Shown here: one piece after another, positions 1 to 8,514 of the stretch
Position numbering within the stretch: position 1 is the stretch's first letter
Layout: each line of letters starts with the position of its first letter
From: a virus
Taxonomy: Duplodnaviria > Caudoviricetes
Reading direction: 5' to 3' (one strand)
Length of the DNA stretch: 33,506 nucleotides
Virus record (IMG/VR): IMGVR_UViG_3300049859_000130
Coordinates: 1-33,506 of that record
Program-made: the position numbers and the translations under genes
The notes under the pieces: model-generated
Told to the model about the DNA's origin: nothing
Seen by the model: the letters and a program-made list of their open reading frames with translations, nothing else
Database searches by the model: none

Positions 1-1
1 T

Positions 2-412
2 CAAGTGTTGTACTACTATTCACTTGATGCAACCAACGTTGGACTGCGCAACCACAATCCCTCATTCCTTGACGGCATTCGATCCGTTAAGCCAACATAC
101 ACATTGTTGAAATCAGCTTCATACCTGCTGCACGATCCACAATTTACAGACATTCGTGACACGATCCTTGAAGTGACAGAAGTATTGGTTCAAGACGATA
201 CAGGTGTTCCATATCGCTTCCTAACACGTGGATGGAACGTCAAACTGTATGGTCAATATGCTCGACCAATTGCTGACTTCAACTATGGTTATCAGCCCGA
301 TCTTGAGCGTGCCTACAGTGCTTTTGCACCTCTACACCCTCTTCCATTTCCATTCGGCTATCACTGGCGTTCGCAGAACTCTGGTGTTATCATCGCACGC
401 AAAGTCCCCTAA
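2..412 (+). CDS. Conserved hypothetical protein, C-terminal part (5'-truncated by the window)
   Basis: The frame is open from the window edge to TAA at 410-412. Motifs LKSASYLLH...QDDTGVPY...LPFPFGY resemble an uncharacterised bacterial family (from memory). Confidence 0.7.
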   Translation, partial: QVLYYYSLDATNVGLRNHNPSFLDGIRSVKPTYTLLKSASYLLHDPQFTDIRDTILEVTEVLVQDDTGVPYRFLTRGWNVKLYGQYARPIADFNYGYQPDLERAYSAFAPLHPLPFPFGYHWRSQNSGVIIARKVP

Positions 413-413
413 G

Positions 414-442
414 TTGTCAACCTAAATGTAATCCTTTATAGT
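414..442 (+). promoter_or_regulatory. Sigma70-like promoter
   Basis: TTGTCA (414-419), 17 bp spacer, TATAGT (437-442), upstream of the MazG-like gene. Confidence 0.65.
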
Positions 443-467
443 GAATCATTCACTGGAGAAGGATAAC

Positions 468-1091
468 ATGGACTCAAAAACCTACGTACAAAACGCGATC
501 CGCACAGAGAGCAGGATCGACACAGCCAAAGTCAATGACCGCTTTGCTTTCCAAGCCGTCGTTCAAGCATTTGTCGCATCATCGCAACTGCTCGATCTAT
601 ACAAGAAACACATCTTCTATGGTAAGCCCATCAATGAAGAAAAGTGGTTGAGCATCACTAATGCACTCACGGAAGCCGACACTGAACTACGACGTGGAAA
701 GTATCTTCCACTGACACGTTCCTTCCAAGATGTCATCCATGTGGATACAAGAGTACTCCATGCAATCATCGGCATTGCGACCGAAGCTGGTGAACTGATG
801 GAAGCAATCCAAGCAAAGCTCGAAGTTCAACAGAACCTCGACACAGTCAATCTCGCCGAAGAAGTTGGCGATCTCAACTGGTACGAAGCACTCCTGATTG
901 ACGCACTTGATGCGGATTGGGATGAAGTTCGTGAACGAAACATTGCAAAGCTGCGCGCTCGTTATCCTGACAAGTTTGACGCAGACAAAGCAATTAACCG
1001 CGATCTCAAGAAAGAGCGTGAGATCCTCGAAGGCGGAGATGCTCGCATGAAAGCAGAAGAGGGCTATCCGTTCGGCGGAAGTGATTACTAA
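468..1091 (+). CDS. mazG: MazG-like nucleoside triphosphate pyrophosphohydrolase
   Basis: GIATEAGELME...EEVGDLNWY (ExxE/EExxD) and RNIAKLRARYPDKF. ATG 468 follows GGAGAAGGA. Confidence 0.85.
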   Translation: MDSKTYVQNAIRTESRIDTAKVNDRFAFQAVVQAFVASSQLLDLYKKHIFYGKPINEEKWLSITNALTEADTELRRGKYLPLTRSFQDVIHVDTRVLHAIIGIATEAGELMEAIQAKLEVQQNLDTVNLAEEVGDLNWYEALLIDALDADWDEVRERNIAKLRARYPDKFDADKAINRDLKKEREILEGGDARMKAEEGYPFGGSDY

Positions 1092-1092
1092 C

Positions 1093-1539
1093 ATGAAACC
1101 ATCAGTATATCTTGCAGGACCAATCACAGGCTTGTCGTTTGAAGGTTGCACAGACTGGCGCGACTTTGTCAAGGACCAACTTGCACCAGAAATTACGTGC
1201 TTTTCGCCGCTGCGTGCGAAACACTATCTGGCACAACAAACGACTCTACAAGATCAATATGATCAGTATATTCTGTCGACGCAACGAGGCATATATACAC
1301 GAGACTTCCACGATTGCCGTACGAAAGACTTGATCTTTGTCAACTTCCTTGGAGCGACAAAGGTATCAATCGGCACAGTCATGGAAATCGCTTGGGCTGC
1401 TGCGTTTAATAAGCCAGTCGTCCTCGTGATGGAAAAGCAAGGTATTCACGAGCACGCTATGCTTCGTGAAGCGTGCCCAATGCGCACAGATACGATGGAA
1501 GAAGCACTGTTCATTACAAGAGCCCTGCTTCTCCCGTAA
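1093..1539 (+). CDS. Nucleoside 2'-deoxyribosyltransferase / nucleotide N-glycosidase (NDT/DNPH1 family)
   Basis: VYLAGPI, FSPLR, D..C..KDLIFVN, SIGTVMEIAWA with the catalytic Glu, KPVVLV. Confidence 0.8.
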   Translation: MKPSVYLAGPITGLSFEGCTDWRDFVKDQLAPEITCFSPLRAKHYLAQQTTLQDQYDQYILSTQRGIYTRDFHDCRTKDLIFVNFLGATKVSIGTVMEIAWAAAFNKPVVLVMEKQGIHEHAMLREACPMRTDTMEEALFITRALLLP

Positions 1540-1550
1540 GGAGAATAAAA

Positions 1551-1847
1551 ATGCTGATTACAGCAAAAAGAGTTAGTGGAAAGCGAGCACAACAGCTTGT
1601 CGACAAGGGAGCAATGCTCATCGACATGCGTAGTCCTGTTAGCTTTCGTGATGGAACGTTGCCTGGTGCTGTGAACCTTTCACTGCGGCAGCTGTCGTTA
1701 TTGGTTCGTGAACCTAAAGCGCGAACGCTGATTTTCTTTGGTGAATCAGAGAGCGACGATACACTGAAAGCCGCCATCAACTACGCCTTTCAGTTTGGGT
1801 TCACAGAAGTCCTTTCCCTCGGCACAAAGGAAAGTTGGAACAAATAA
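1551..1847 (+). CDS. Single rhodanese-like domain protein lacking the catalytic Cys
   Basis: GAMLIDMRSPVSF.DGTLPGAVNL signature; RBS AGGAG. The active-site loop reads LIFFG. Confidence 0.75.
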   Translation: MLITAKRVSGKRAQQLVDKGAMLIDMRSPVSFRDGTLPGAVNLSLRQLSLLVREPKARTLIFFGESESDDTLKAAINYAFQFGFTEVLSLGTKESWNK

Positions 1848-1851
1848 ATGG

Positions 1852-1880
1852 TTGACAACCCTAAAAATGTTTTGTATAGT
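1852..1880 (+). promoter_or_regulatory. Sigma70-like promoter for yeaG
   Basis: TTGACA (1852-1857), 17 bp spacer, TATAGT (1875-1880). Confidence 0.8.
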
Positions 1881-1915
1881 TAGTCTTGTAAGCTTGATCT
1901 AAGGAGAACTCCAAT

Positions 1916-3865
1916 ATGACAACCCACGATACAAATGTCTTCTCGAAATATCGTGAACGCTACGATAGTCACCAGCAACAAGAATACACCCTCAAGGAGT
2001 ATCTCGAGCTGTGCAAGAAAGACAAAAGCGCTTACGCATCAGCTGCTGAGCGTATGCTGCTCGCTATCGGTGATCCAGAAATCCTCGACACATCAAAAGA
2101 TCAACGGCTAAGCCGGATCTTTATGAACAGAAAGATTCGCACGTACAAGTCGTTTGCTCCGTTCTACGGAATGGAAGAAACGATTGAAAAGCTCGTTGCT
2201 TTCTTCAAGCACGCAGCTCAGGGGCTGGAAGAGAAGAAACAGATTCTGTATCTGTTGGGTCCTGTCGGTGGTGGTAAGTCCTCGCTCGTCGAGCGACTCA
2301 AGGAGCTGTTCGAAGCCGTTCCCTTTTACACCCTCAAAGCCGACAAAGCTGTATCACCACTTTATGAGAGCCCTCTTGGATTGTTCGATTCTGAACAAGA
2401 TGGTCCAACTCTCGAAGAAACATACGGCATTCCAAAGCATGCACTGAAACCAATCATGTCTCCTTGGGCAACCAAGCGTCTTGAAGAGTTTCAAGGCGAC
2501 ATCACCAAATTCAAGGTTGTCAAAATCTATCCGTCACAGCTCCGCCGTGTTGCTATCGCTAAGGTTGAGCCAGGTGATGAAAACAACCAAGACATTTCAA
2601 CACTTGTTGGTAAGGTAGACATCCGCAAACTGGAACTGTTCTCTCAGGACGATCCTGATTCGTACAGCTACTCTGGTGCGTTGAACGTCACCCCACAAGG
2701 TATTGTCGATTTTGCTGAAATGTTCAAGGCAAACATCAAGACATTACACCCGTTGCTCGATGCAACTCAAGGTGGTTCATACAACGGAACCGAAGGTATG
2801 GCAGCTATGCCATTCAACGGTATCATCATCGCTCACTCGAACGAAGCTGAGTGGGAAATGTTCCGCAACAACAAGCGAAACGAAGCGTTCATCGACCGGT
2901 TGTCGCTCGTCAAGGTTCCATACTGCTTGCGTGTGTCCGAAGAAGTCGACATCTACAAGAAGCTGATCTCGAACAGCTCACTACGCAAGTCCCATTGCGC
3001 TCCGGGAACACTTGAAATGCTGGCTCAGTTCTCAGTTCTTACCCGTCTTGAGAAGCCAGAAAATTCGCCGCTGTTCACTAAAATGGAAATCTACGACGGC
3101 AAGAACCTGAAAGACAAAGATCCAGGTGCCAAGTCACTCCAAGAGTATAAGGAACTGGCTGGTGTCAAGGAAGGTATGACAGGCATGTCAACGCGGTTTG
3201 CGTACAAGATTCTGTCGCAGACGTTCAACTTTGACAGCACAGAAATCGCTGCAAACCCTGTTCACCTGACGTACGTTCTCGAGAAGCAGTTGATGCAAGA
3301 ATCGCTGCCTGCTGCAACCGAGGAAGAGTACATCACTTTCATCAAAGGTATTCTCGTACCGAAGTATGCTCAGTTCCTTTCGGATGAAATCCAGAAGGCA
3401 TACCTCGAGTCATACAGCGAGTATGGTCAGAACCTCTTTGATCGCTACATTCTGTACGCTGATGCATGGATCCAGAACATCGACTTCGTCGACCCTGATA
3501 CAGGGGAGATGTATGATCGTGAAGCCCTCAACTCCGAACTGGAGAAGATCGAGAAGCCTGCTGGTATCTCGAATCCTAAGGACTTCCGAAACGAAGTTGT
3601 TGGATTTGTTCTGCGTGCCTCCAAGAACAACGGTGGTAAGAACCCATCGTGGACCTCTTACGAAAAGCTTCGTGTGGTGATTGAGAAGAAGATGTTTGCC
3701 AACACCGAAGACCTGTTGCCAGTTATCTCTTTCGGCAAGAAGTCAACGTCCGACGAGGAAAGCAAGCACAACGACTTCGTGAAGCGTATGATGACCAAAG
3801 GTTACACCGAGAAGCAAGTTCGCTTGCTGGTGGAATGGTACATGCGCTATCGCAAGAACAGCTAA
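1916..3865 (+). CDS. yeaG: PrkA/YeaG family AAA+ ATPase / serine kinase
   Basis: 649 aa; HAAQGLEEKKQILYLLGPVGGGKSS (Walker A), EPGDENNQDISTLVGKVDIRKL, LEKIEKPAGISNPKDFRNE; RBS AAGGAG. Confidence 0.95.
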   Translation: MTTHDTNVFSKYRERYDSHQQQEYTLKEYLELCKKDKSAYASAAERMLLAIGDPEILDTSKDQRLSRIFMNRKIRTYKSFAPFYGMEETIEKLVAFFKHAAQGLEEKKQILYLLGPVGGGKSSLVERLKELFEAVPFYTLKADKAVSPLYESPLGLFDSEQDGPTLEETYGIPKHALKPIMSPWATKRLEEFQGDITKFKVVKIYPSQLRRVAIAKVEPGDENNQDISTLVGKVDIRKLELFSQDDPDSYSYSGALNVTPQGIVDFAEMFKANIKTLHPLLDATQGGSYNGTEGMAAMPFNGIIIAHSNEAEWEMFRNNKRNEAFIDRLSLVKVPYCLRVSEEVDIYKKLISNSSLRKSHCAPGTLEMLAQFSVLTRLEKPENSPLFTKMEIYDGKNLKDKDPGAKSLQEYKELAGVKEGMTGMSTRFAYKILSQTFNFDSTEIAANPVHLTYVLEKQLMQESLPAATEEEYITFIKGILVPKYAQFLSDEIQKAYLESYSEYGQNLFDRYILYADAWIQNIDFVDPDTGEMYDREALNSELEKIEKPAGISNPKDFRNEVVGFVLRASKNNGGKNPSWTSYEKLRVVIEKKMFANTEDLLPVISFGKKSTSDEESKHNDFVKRMMTKGYTEKQVRLLVEWYMRYRKNS

Positions 3866-3878
3866 TAGCCCGTAAATA

Positions 3879-3901
3879 AAAGGGGAGCCTGGCTCCCCTT
3901 T
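3879..3901 (+). terminator. Hairpin between yeaG and yeaH (terminator, attenuator or mRNA stabiliser)
   Basis: AAAGGGGAGC-CTG-GCTCCCCTTT, perfect 10-bp stem with a short U tail. Confidence 0.6.
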
Positions 3902-3917
3902 CGGAGCTAAGGACACT

Positions 3918-5255
3918 ATGTCACACGTAATCGTTGACCGTCGTAAAAACGACAAAGGTAAGAGCTCGGTCAATCGTCGTAAGTTCATTGGACGAGTTCG
4001 AGATCTGCTCAAAGAGTCTGTCAAGGACACCATCAAAGATGGTAACCTTGGTGATTTGGCGGGCGGCGCTAAGAAAAAGGTTCGCATTCCTATTCGAAAC
4101 CTTGACGAGCCATGGTTCCACCATGATGGGACAGGCATCAACGACATCGTTCGACCTGGCAATGACCGCTTTGTTCCTGGTGATAAGATCCAACGTCCAA
4201 AGAGCGGTGAAGGCGAAAGTGGTCCAAAGGGATCGCCTGATGGTGAAAGTGAAGACACGTTTGTGTTTCACCTTACCAAAGAAGAGTTCCTAGACCTTTT
4301 CTTTGAGAACTGTGAGCTGCCAGACCTTGTTAAGCGGAACCTCTCTATTGTCAACGAAGAGGAACTCCGTCGCACCGGTCTCACGTCAGACGGTGCACCA
4401 GCAACTCTCAACATCGAACGCTCAATGCGTCGTGCCAAATCACGCCGTCTTGCTCTTCGTGCTTCCAAGCAACGTCGACTGCGTGAGCTTGAAGAACAGC
4501 TTGCACACGTCCTCAAAAAAATTGACGAGGAAACAACAGAGCGTGGGTTCGAGGTGAGCGAGGAACTTATTGCAGAAAAGCAGCGACTGCTCCACGAAAT
4601 TGAGGTTACAAAACGCCTGCTGAAAGCCGTTCCGTTCCTCGATCCAATCGACTTGAAATACAATCACTGGTCGAGAGTGTCTATTCCAACAACACAAGCG
4701 GTGATTTTCCGAGTAATGGACGTGTCTGGCTCAATGTCAGAGCACATGAAGGAAATGGCTAAGACGTTCTTCATCCTCCTCCAGCTGTTCCTTGAAAAAC
4801 ACTACACGCATATCGAGATCGTCAACATTAAATATCACTCTGTTGCAACGGAGACTGACGAACAAGACTTTTTCTACGGCACGGACAGTGGTGGTACTGT
4901 TACGTCAAAGGCTCTCCAAAAGGTCTATGATCTGATCCAAGAGAGATACCCAACCAGCTTGTGGAATATCTACGTCGCACACGCTTCTGACGGTGACAAC
5001 TTTGGTTACGATAATCCCGAAGTTCAACGCCTGCTAACACAACAGATATTGCCTCTTGTTCAGTATTACGCCTACGTGCAAATCAACAATGAGATGTCTT
5101 CTGCCTGGTCTGGACACATTCACGATCCTGACAACCTTTGGGATCTGTTTGAGACCGCAAAAGGTAAACACCGTAACCTTGATTGCGCGCTTGTCGAAGA
5201 GGCGAAAGACGTGTATCCTGTATTCATTAAGCTGTTTGAAAGAAGGCCATCGTGA
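3918..5255 (+). CDS. yeaH: YeaH/YhbH (DUF444) VWA-domain protein
   Basis: IVDRR...KSSVNRRKF, PGNDRFVPGDKIQRP, MIDAS motif MDVSGSM...SGGT...ASDGDN. Confidence 0.93.
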   Translation: MSHVIVDRRKNDKGKSSVNRRKFIGRVRDLLKESVKDTIKDGNLGDLAGGAKKKVRIPIRNLDEPWFHHDGTGINDIVRPGNDRFVPGDKIQRPKSGEGESGPKGSPDGESEDTFVFHLTKEEFLDLFFENCELPDLVKRNLSIVNEEELRRTGLTSDGAPATLNIERSMRRAKSRRLALRASKQRRLRELEEQLAHVLKKIDEETTERGFEVSEELIAEKQRLLHEIEVTKRLLKAVPFLDPIDLKYNHWSRVSIPTTQAVIFRVMDVSGSMSEHMKEMAKTFFILLQLFLEKHYTHIEIVNIKYHSVATETDEQDFFYGTDSGGTVTSKALQKVYDLIQERYPTSLWNIYVAHASDGDNFGYDNPEVQRLLTQQILPLVQYYAYVQINNEMSSAWSGHIHDPDNLWDLFETAKGKHRNLDCALVEEAKDVYPVFIKLFERRPS

Positions 5256-6760
5256 CAGATCCCGTCAAATTTGATGCTGGGAAGGATTGGACGTTCGAAG
5301 AAATCGAATCGGTCTATTTGCTTTTGGAAAAGATCGCTAGGGACGAGTACGATCTCACGTACTATCCCAACCAAATTGAAATCATCACCAGCGAGCAAAT
5401 GCTTGACGCATACTCTGCTGTCGGTATGCCAACGTACTATTCACACTGGTCATTCGGAAAGCAATTTGTCAAGGAATCCGAGATGTACAAGCGTGGCTAC
5501 ATGGGACTGGCGTATGAGATCGTCATTAACTCCAACCCTTGTATTGCATACTTGATGGAAGAAAACACAATGGCAATGCAGTCGCTTGTGGTTGCACACG
5601 CTTGCTTTGGTCACAACTCTTTCTTCAAGAACAACGTCAACTTCAAACAATGGACTGACGCCGACGCTATTATTGACTATCTCGTCTTCGCCAAGAACTA
5701 CATTGCGGAGTGTGAGGAGAAGTACGGATGGAAAGAGGTAGAAAAGGTCCTCGACGCAGCACACGCACTGCGGCTCAATGGTATCGACCGTTACAAGAGA
5801 CCAACACCTCTTTCAAAGCTCAAGACAGAAGAACGTCGCAAATCACGCAATGCCTATGAGCAGGAACAATTCGACGACATCTGGCGCACAATTCCCTCAC
5901 CAACAGAGGCAAAAAATAAGAAAGAGATCAAGTTCCCATCAGAACCTGATGAGAACGTGTTGTACTTCATTGAAAAACACGCACCAAATCTTGATCCGTG
6001 GAAACGTGAGATCATTCGCATCGTTCGTAAGATCGCTCAGTACTTCTATCCTCAGATGCTGACAAAAATTATGAATGAGGGCTGGGCAACGTTCTGGCAC
6101 TACACGCTGATGAACGATATGTACGAGCGTGGGCTCGTTACCGATGGCTTCATGTTGGAGTTCCTTGCCTCGCACACTGGTGTTATCAATCAAAAACAAT
6201 TTGCTGACATTAACCCGTACGCTCTTGGCTTCGCTATGTTCCAAGACATTAAGCGAATCGCCATGACACCAACCGAAGAAGACCGCAAGTGGTTTTCGTG
6301 GGCTGGTAATGGTGACTGGTTGGGCACCCTGAAAGAGGCTGCATACAACTATAAGGACGAAAGCTTCATCCTTCAATATCTTTCACCAAAGGTTATCCGC
6401 GACTTCCAGCTGTTTTACGTTCTGGACGATGACGAGAACCCAACATACCTTGTGGAGGCAATTCAAAACGACGAAGGCTATCAACGTGTTCGGGAACGTC
6501 TTGCTGAACAACAAAACGCCAACAACAATCTTCCATACGTTCAGGTTGTCAACGTAGATGTGTGGGGAGACCGTTCCATTACGTTGCAACACGCCACAAC
6601 CAAGCGTCACAAGCTAGATCAAGAAGACACAGTTAAGACACTGCGGTATCTGACCAACTTGTGGGGCTACCCCGCAAAGCTAATCACAGTGACACCTGAA
6701 GGTAAGAACGTAGCGGTCTACGAGTACGATCCAAATAAAGTTGACCTGTCTCTCAGCTAA
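5252..6760 (+). CDS. ycgB: SpoVR/YcgB family protein
   Basis: YPNQIEIITSEQMLDAYS.VGMP..Y.HWSFGK, GLAYEIVINSNPCIAYLMEEN, TKIMNEGWATFWH. GTGA overlap with yeaH. Confidence 0.95.
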   Translation: MTDPVKFDAGKDWTFEEIESVYLLLEKIARDEYDLTYYPNQIEIITSEQMLDAYSAVGMPTYYSHWSFGKQFVKESEMYKRGYMGLAYEIVINSNPCIAYLMEENTMAMQSLVVAHACFGHNSFFKNNVNFKQWTDADAIIDYLVFAKNYIAECEEKYGWKEVEKVLDAAHALRLNGIDRYKRPTPLSKLKTEERRKSRNAYEQEQFDDIWRTIPSPTEAKNKKEIKFPSEPDENVLYFIEKHAPNLDPWKREIIRIVRKIAQYFYPQMLTKIMNEGWATFWHYTLMNDMYERGLVTDGFMLEFLASHTGVINQKQFADINPYALGFAMFQDIKRIAMTPTEEDRKWFSWAGNGDWLGTLKEAAYNYKDESFILQYLSPKVIRDFQLFYVLDDDENPTYLVEAIQNDEGYQRVRERLAEQQNANNNLPYVQVVNVDVWGDRSITLQHATTKRHKLDQEDTVKTLRYLTNLWGYPAKLITVTPEGKNVAVYEYDPNKVDLSLS

Positions 6761-6802
6761 GTCTCCCGCACCACAGGGCTTTTTCACAAGTTGCCCGAGT
6801 CG

Positions 6803-6810
6803 TATAAATA
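6803..6810 (+). promoter_or_regulatory. T4-type late promoter
   Basis: Exact TATAAATA in the intergenic region upstream of phoH. Confidence 0.65.
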
Positions 6811-6937
6811 ATCTCAGCCTACGCATAACATGGCTGAATAAGATGACTAATAACGACGCTCTACCGCACCACCCTCTCCGCATTTTCGCAAACCCCTTGC
6901 AGCATCCTTGTACTCATTTTTCTGGAGGAGGCACTCT

Positions 6938-7696
6938 ATGTCTAGAAAGCGCAAGAATAATCACAAAGCACGTATCTATGACCTTACAGAAGCGCTGGTC
7001 AACAACGGGAGAGCAATATACGAAGGACCAAAACGTAAAACATGGACGAAGCACGATTTGAAGCACATTAGACCACTCACACCAACACAAGAAATAATGT
7101 TCCGTGCCTTCTTTGAAGGCAAGCATGTATGTGGGCATGGCCCAGCAGGAACCGGAAAAACATTCATCGCAATCTATTTGGCGTTGAATGAGATGTTCCA
7201 CTCACAAAAAGTCGACAAGATCATCCTTGTACGCTCCGCTGTGCCAACCCGAGACATGGGCTACATGCCAGGCACGCGGGAAGAAAAGGAAGCACTATAC
7301 GAGCTTCCATACGCTGAGATGTTCGCTGAGTTGCTTGGTAAGGCAAACTCCTATCAAGACATGAAAGATGCAGGTGTTGTACGATTCAGCACAACATCTT
7401 ACGTTCGTGGCGTGACGTGGAACAATGCCGTCATCATTGTCGACGAAGGTCAGAACATGACGTTCCACGAGATTAACTCAATCATCACTCGACTTGGTGA
7501 AAATTCACGCCTAATCTTTGTCGGAGACCTGCCACAAACAGATCTACGCAGGAGACACGAGCAAACGGGTATGGACATCCTGATCAAGATTGCGGAACGT
7601 ATGCCTGAGATTGAAGTGGTACATTTCACACATCACGATATCGTGCGTAGTGCCTTTGTTAAATCATGGATTATTGCGAGTGAGGAGTTTGCATAG
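6938..7696 (+). CDS. phoH: PhoH family ATPase
   Basis: GPAGTGKTF, MGYMPG, YVRGVTWNNAVIIVDEGQN, RLGENSR..FVGD..QTD, DIVRS. ATG 6938 follows GGAGGAG. Confidence 0.95.
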   Translation: MSRKRKNNHKARIYDLTEALVNNGRAIYEGPKRKTWTKHDLKHIRPLTPTQEIMFRAFFEGKHVCGHGPAGTGKTFIAIYLALNEMFHSQKVDKIILVRSAVPTRDMGYMPGTREEKEALYELPYAEMFAELLGKANSYQDMKDAGVVRFSTTSYVRGVTWNNAVIIVDEGQNMTFHEINSIITRLGENSRLIFVGDLPQTDLRRRHEQTGMDILIKIAERMPEIEVVHFTHHDIVRSAFVKSWIIASEEFA

Positions 7697-7717
7697 ACCG
7701 TCTAACCGCCCCAACGA

Positions 7718-7724
7718 ATAAATA
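7718..7724 (+). promoter_or_regulatory. Late-promoter-like motif
   Basis: ATAAATA about 25 nt upstream of ATG 7750. Confidence 0.55.
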
Positions 7725-7749
7725 TAGGGGACATTTTTAGGACGGATCT

Positions 7750-8157
7750 ATGGTAGAAACTCTTACGAACATTACATGGCCAGGCGCATTCGCTGTGGTC
7801 GGATCTGTGATTGCTATTGTCACGGGGTTGCTCGCGCTCGCTCTGAATTACATGAAGGCTCGCTCAACTCTCAATGGCAACGCCGCATTGAAGTCGCAAC
7901 TTCCAAGTATGGAAGGTTCGCAAATTCATTCGCGTATTTCCGAACTCAGAGACCGTGTTGGCACAGTCGACTCAGAACTGAAAAGCAAAATTAGTGCGAT
8001 AGAAGGTGAACAGAAGGTGCTAGTTGTAAAAATTGAGAATGTAACACAACGTCTCGAAGATCACGACTCGCGTGATGTGGACGACTTCAGAGTGATCAAC
8101 AAGAAAGTTGACAAGCTAATGGAGATTATCGTCGAGATGTTGAAAGGCGACCATTAA
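7750..8157 (+). CDS. Membrane-anchored coiled-coil protein
   Basis: One N-terminal hydrophobic segment (AFAVVGSVIAIVTGLLALAL) followed by a heptad-rich region. Confidence 0.7.
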   Translation: MVETLTNITWPGAFAVVGSVIAIVTGLLALALNYMKARSTLNGNAALKSQLPSMEGSQIHSRISELRDRVGTVDSELKSKISAIEGEQKVLVVKIENVTQRLEDHDSRDVDDFRVINKKVDKLMEIIVEMLKGDH

Positions 8158-8344
8158 CAGTCGCTGTTGTCAGTTCAGACAGTCCTTCAACTTCAGCTTG
8201 GATGATTTCGCAGTGTTTGTCGTTTTTGAGGCAGCTTCTGCGGGAGCGGATGAGCCGCAGCGCTTCGGTAGATAGAATTTCGAACTGGCTATAGTCGAGT
8301 TCGGTCTTCAATTTGATTTCTGGTAATGTGACAACTTGTCCCAT
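8126..8344 (-). CDS. Hypothetical protein
   Basis: 72-aa ORF with GAGG RBS and a minus-strand TATAAATA upstream. The 3' end overlaps the convergent gene by 32 nt. Confidence 0.55.
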   Translation of the reverse strand: MGQVVTLPEIKLKTELDYSQFEILSTEALRLIRSRRSCLKNDKHCEIIQAEVEGLSELTTATVNGRLSTSRR

Positions 8345-8421
8345 AGGAACCCTCTTTGTAAAGTATTTGCTTTACGATTTTACGCGGTACTTATCGCTTG
8401 CCCCACGTACACACCTCGCTG

Positions 8422-8429
8422 TATTTATA
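8422..8429 (-). promoter_or_regulatory. T4-type late promoter
   Basis: TATTTATA on + equals TATAAATA on the minus strand. Confidence 0.6.
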
Positions 8430-8454
8430 TGATAAGGGTAAATTCCTGATACCC

Positions 8455-8483
8455 TTGACGTCCCCAAATTATTCTTGTAAACT
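8455..8483 (+). promoter_or_regulatory. Sigma70-like promoter for thg1
   Basis: TTGACG (8455-8460), 17 bp spacer, TAAACT (8478-8483). Confidence 0.65.
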
Positions 8484-8514
8484 GGACGGGCATTCTTAAA
8501 AGAGAATCCCAACC

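Noticed and set aside
6741-6770. GTTGACC near the end of ycgB as another sigma70 promoter
   Set aside because: There is no convincing -10 hexamer at 16-18 bp spacing.
7750-8157. Holin or i-spanin call
   Set aside because: One TM segment plus a coiled coil is compatible, but there is no adjacent endolysin or o-spanin, so the evidence is insufficient.
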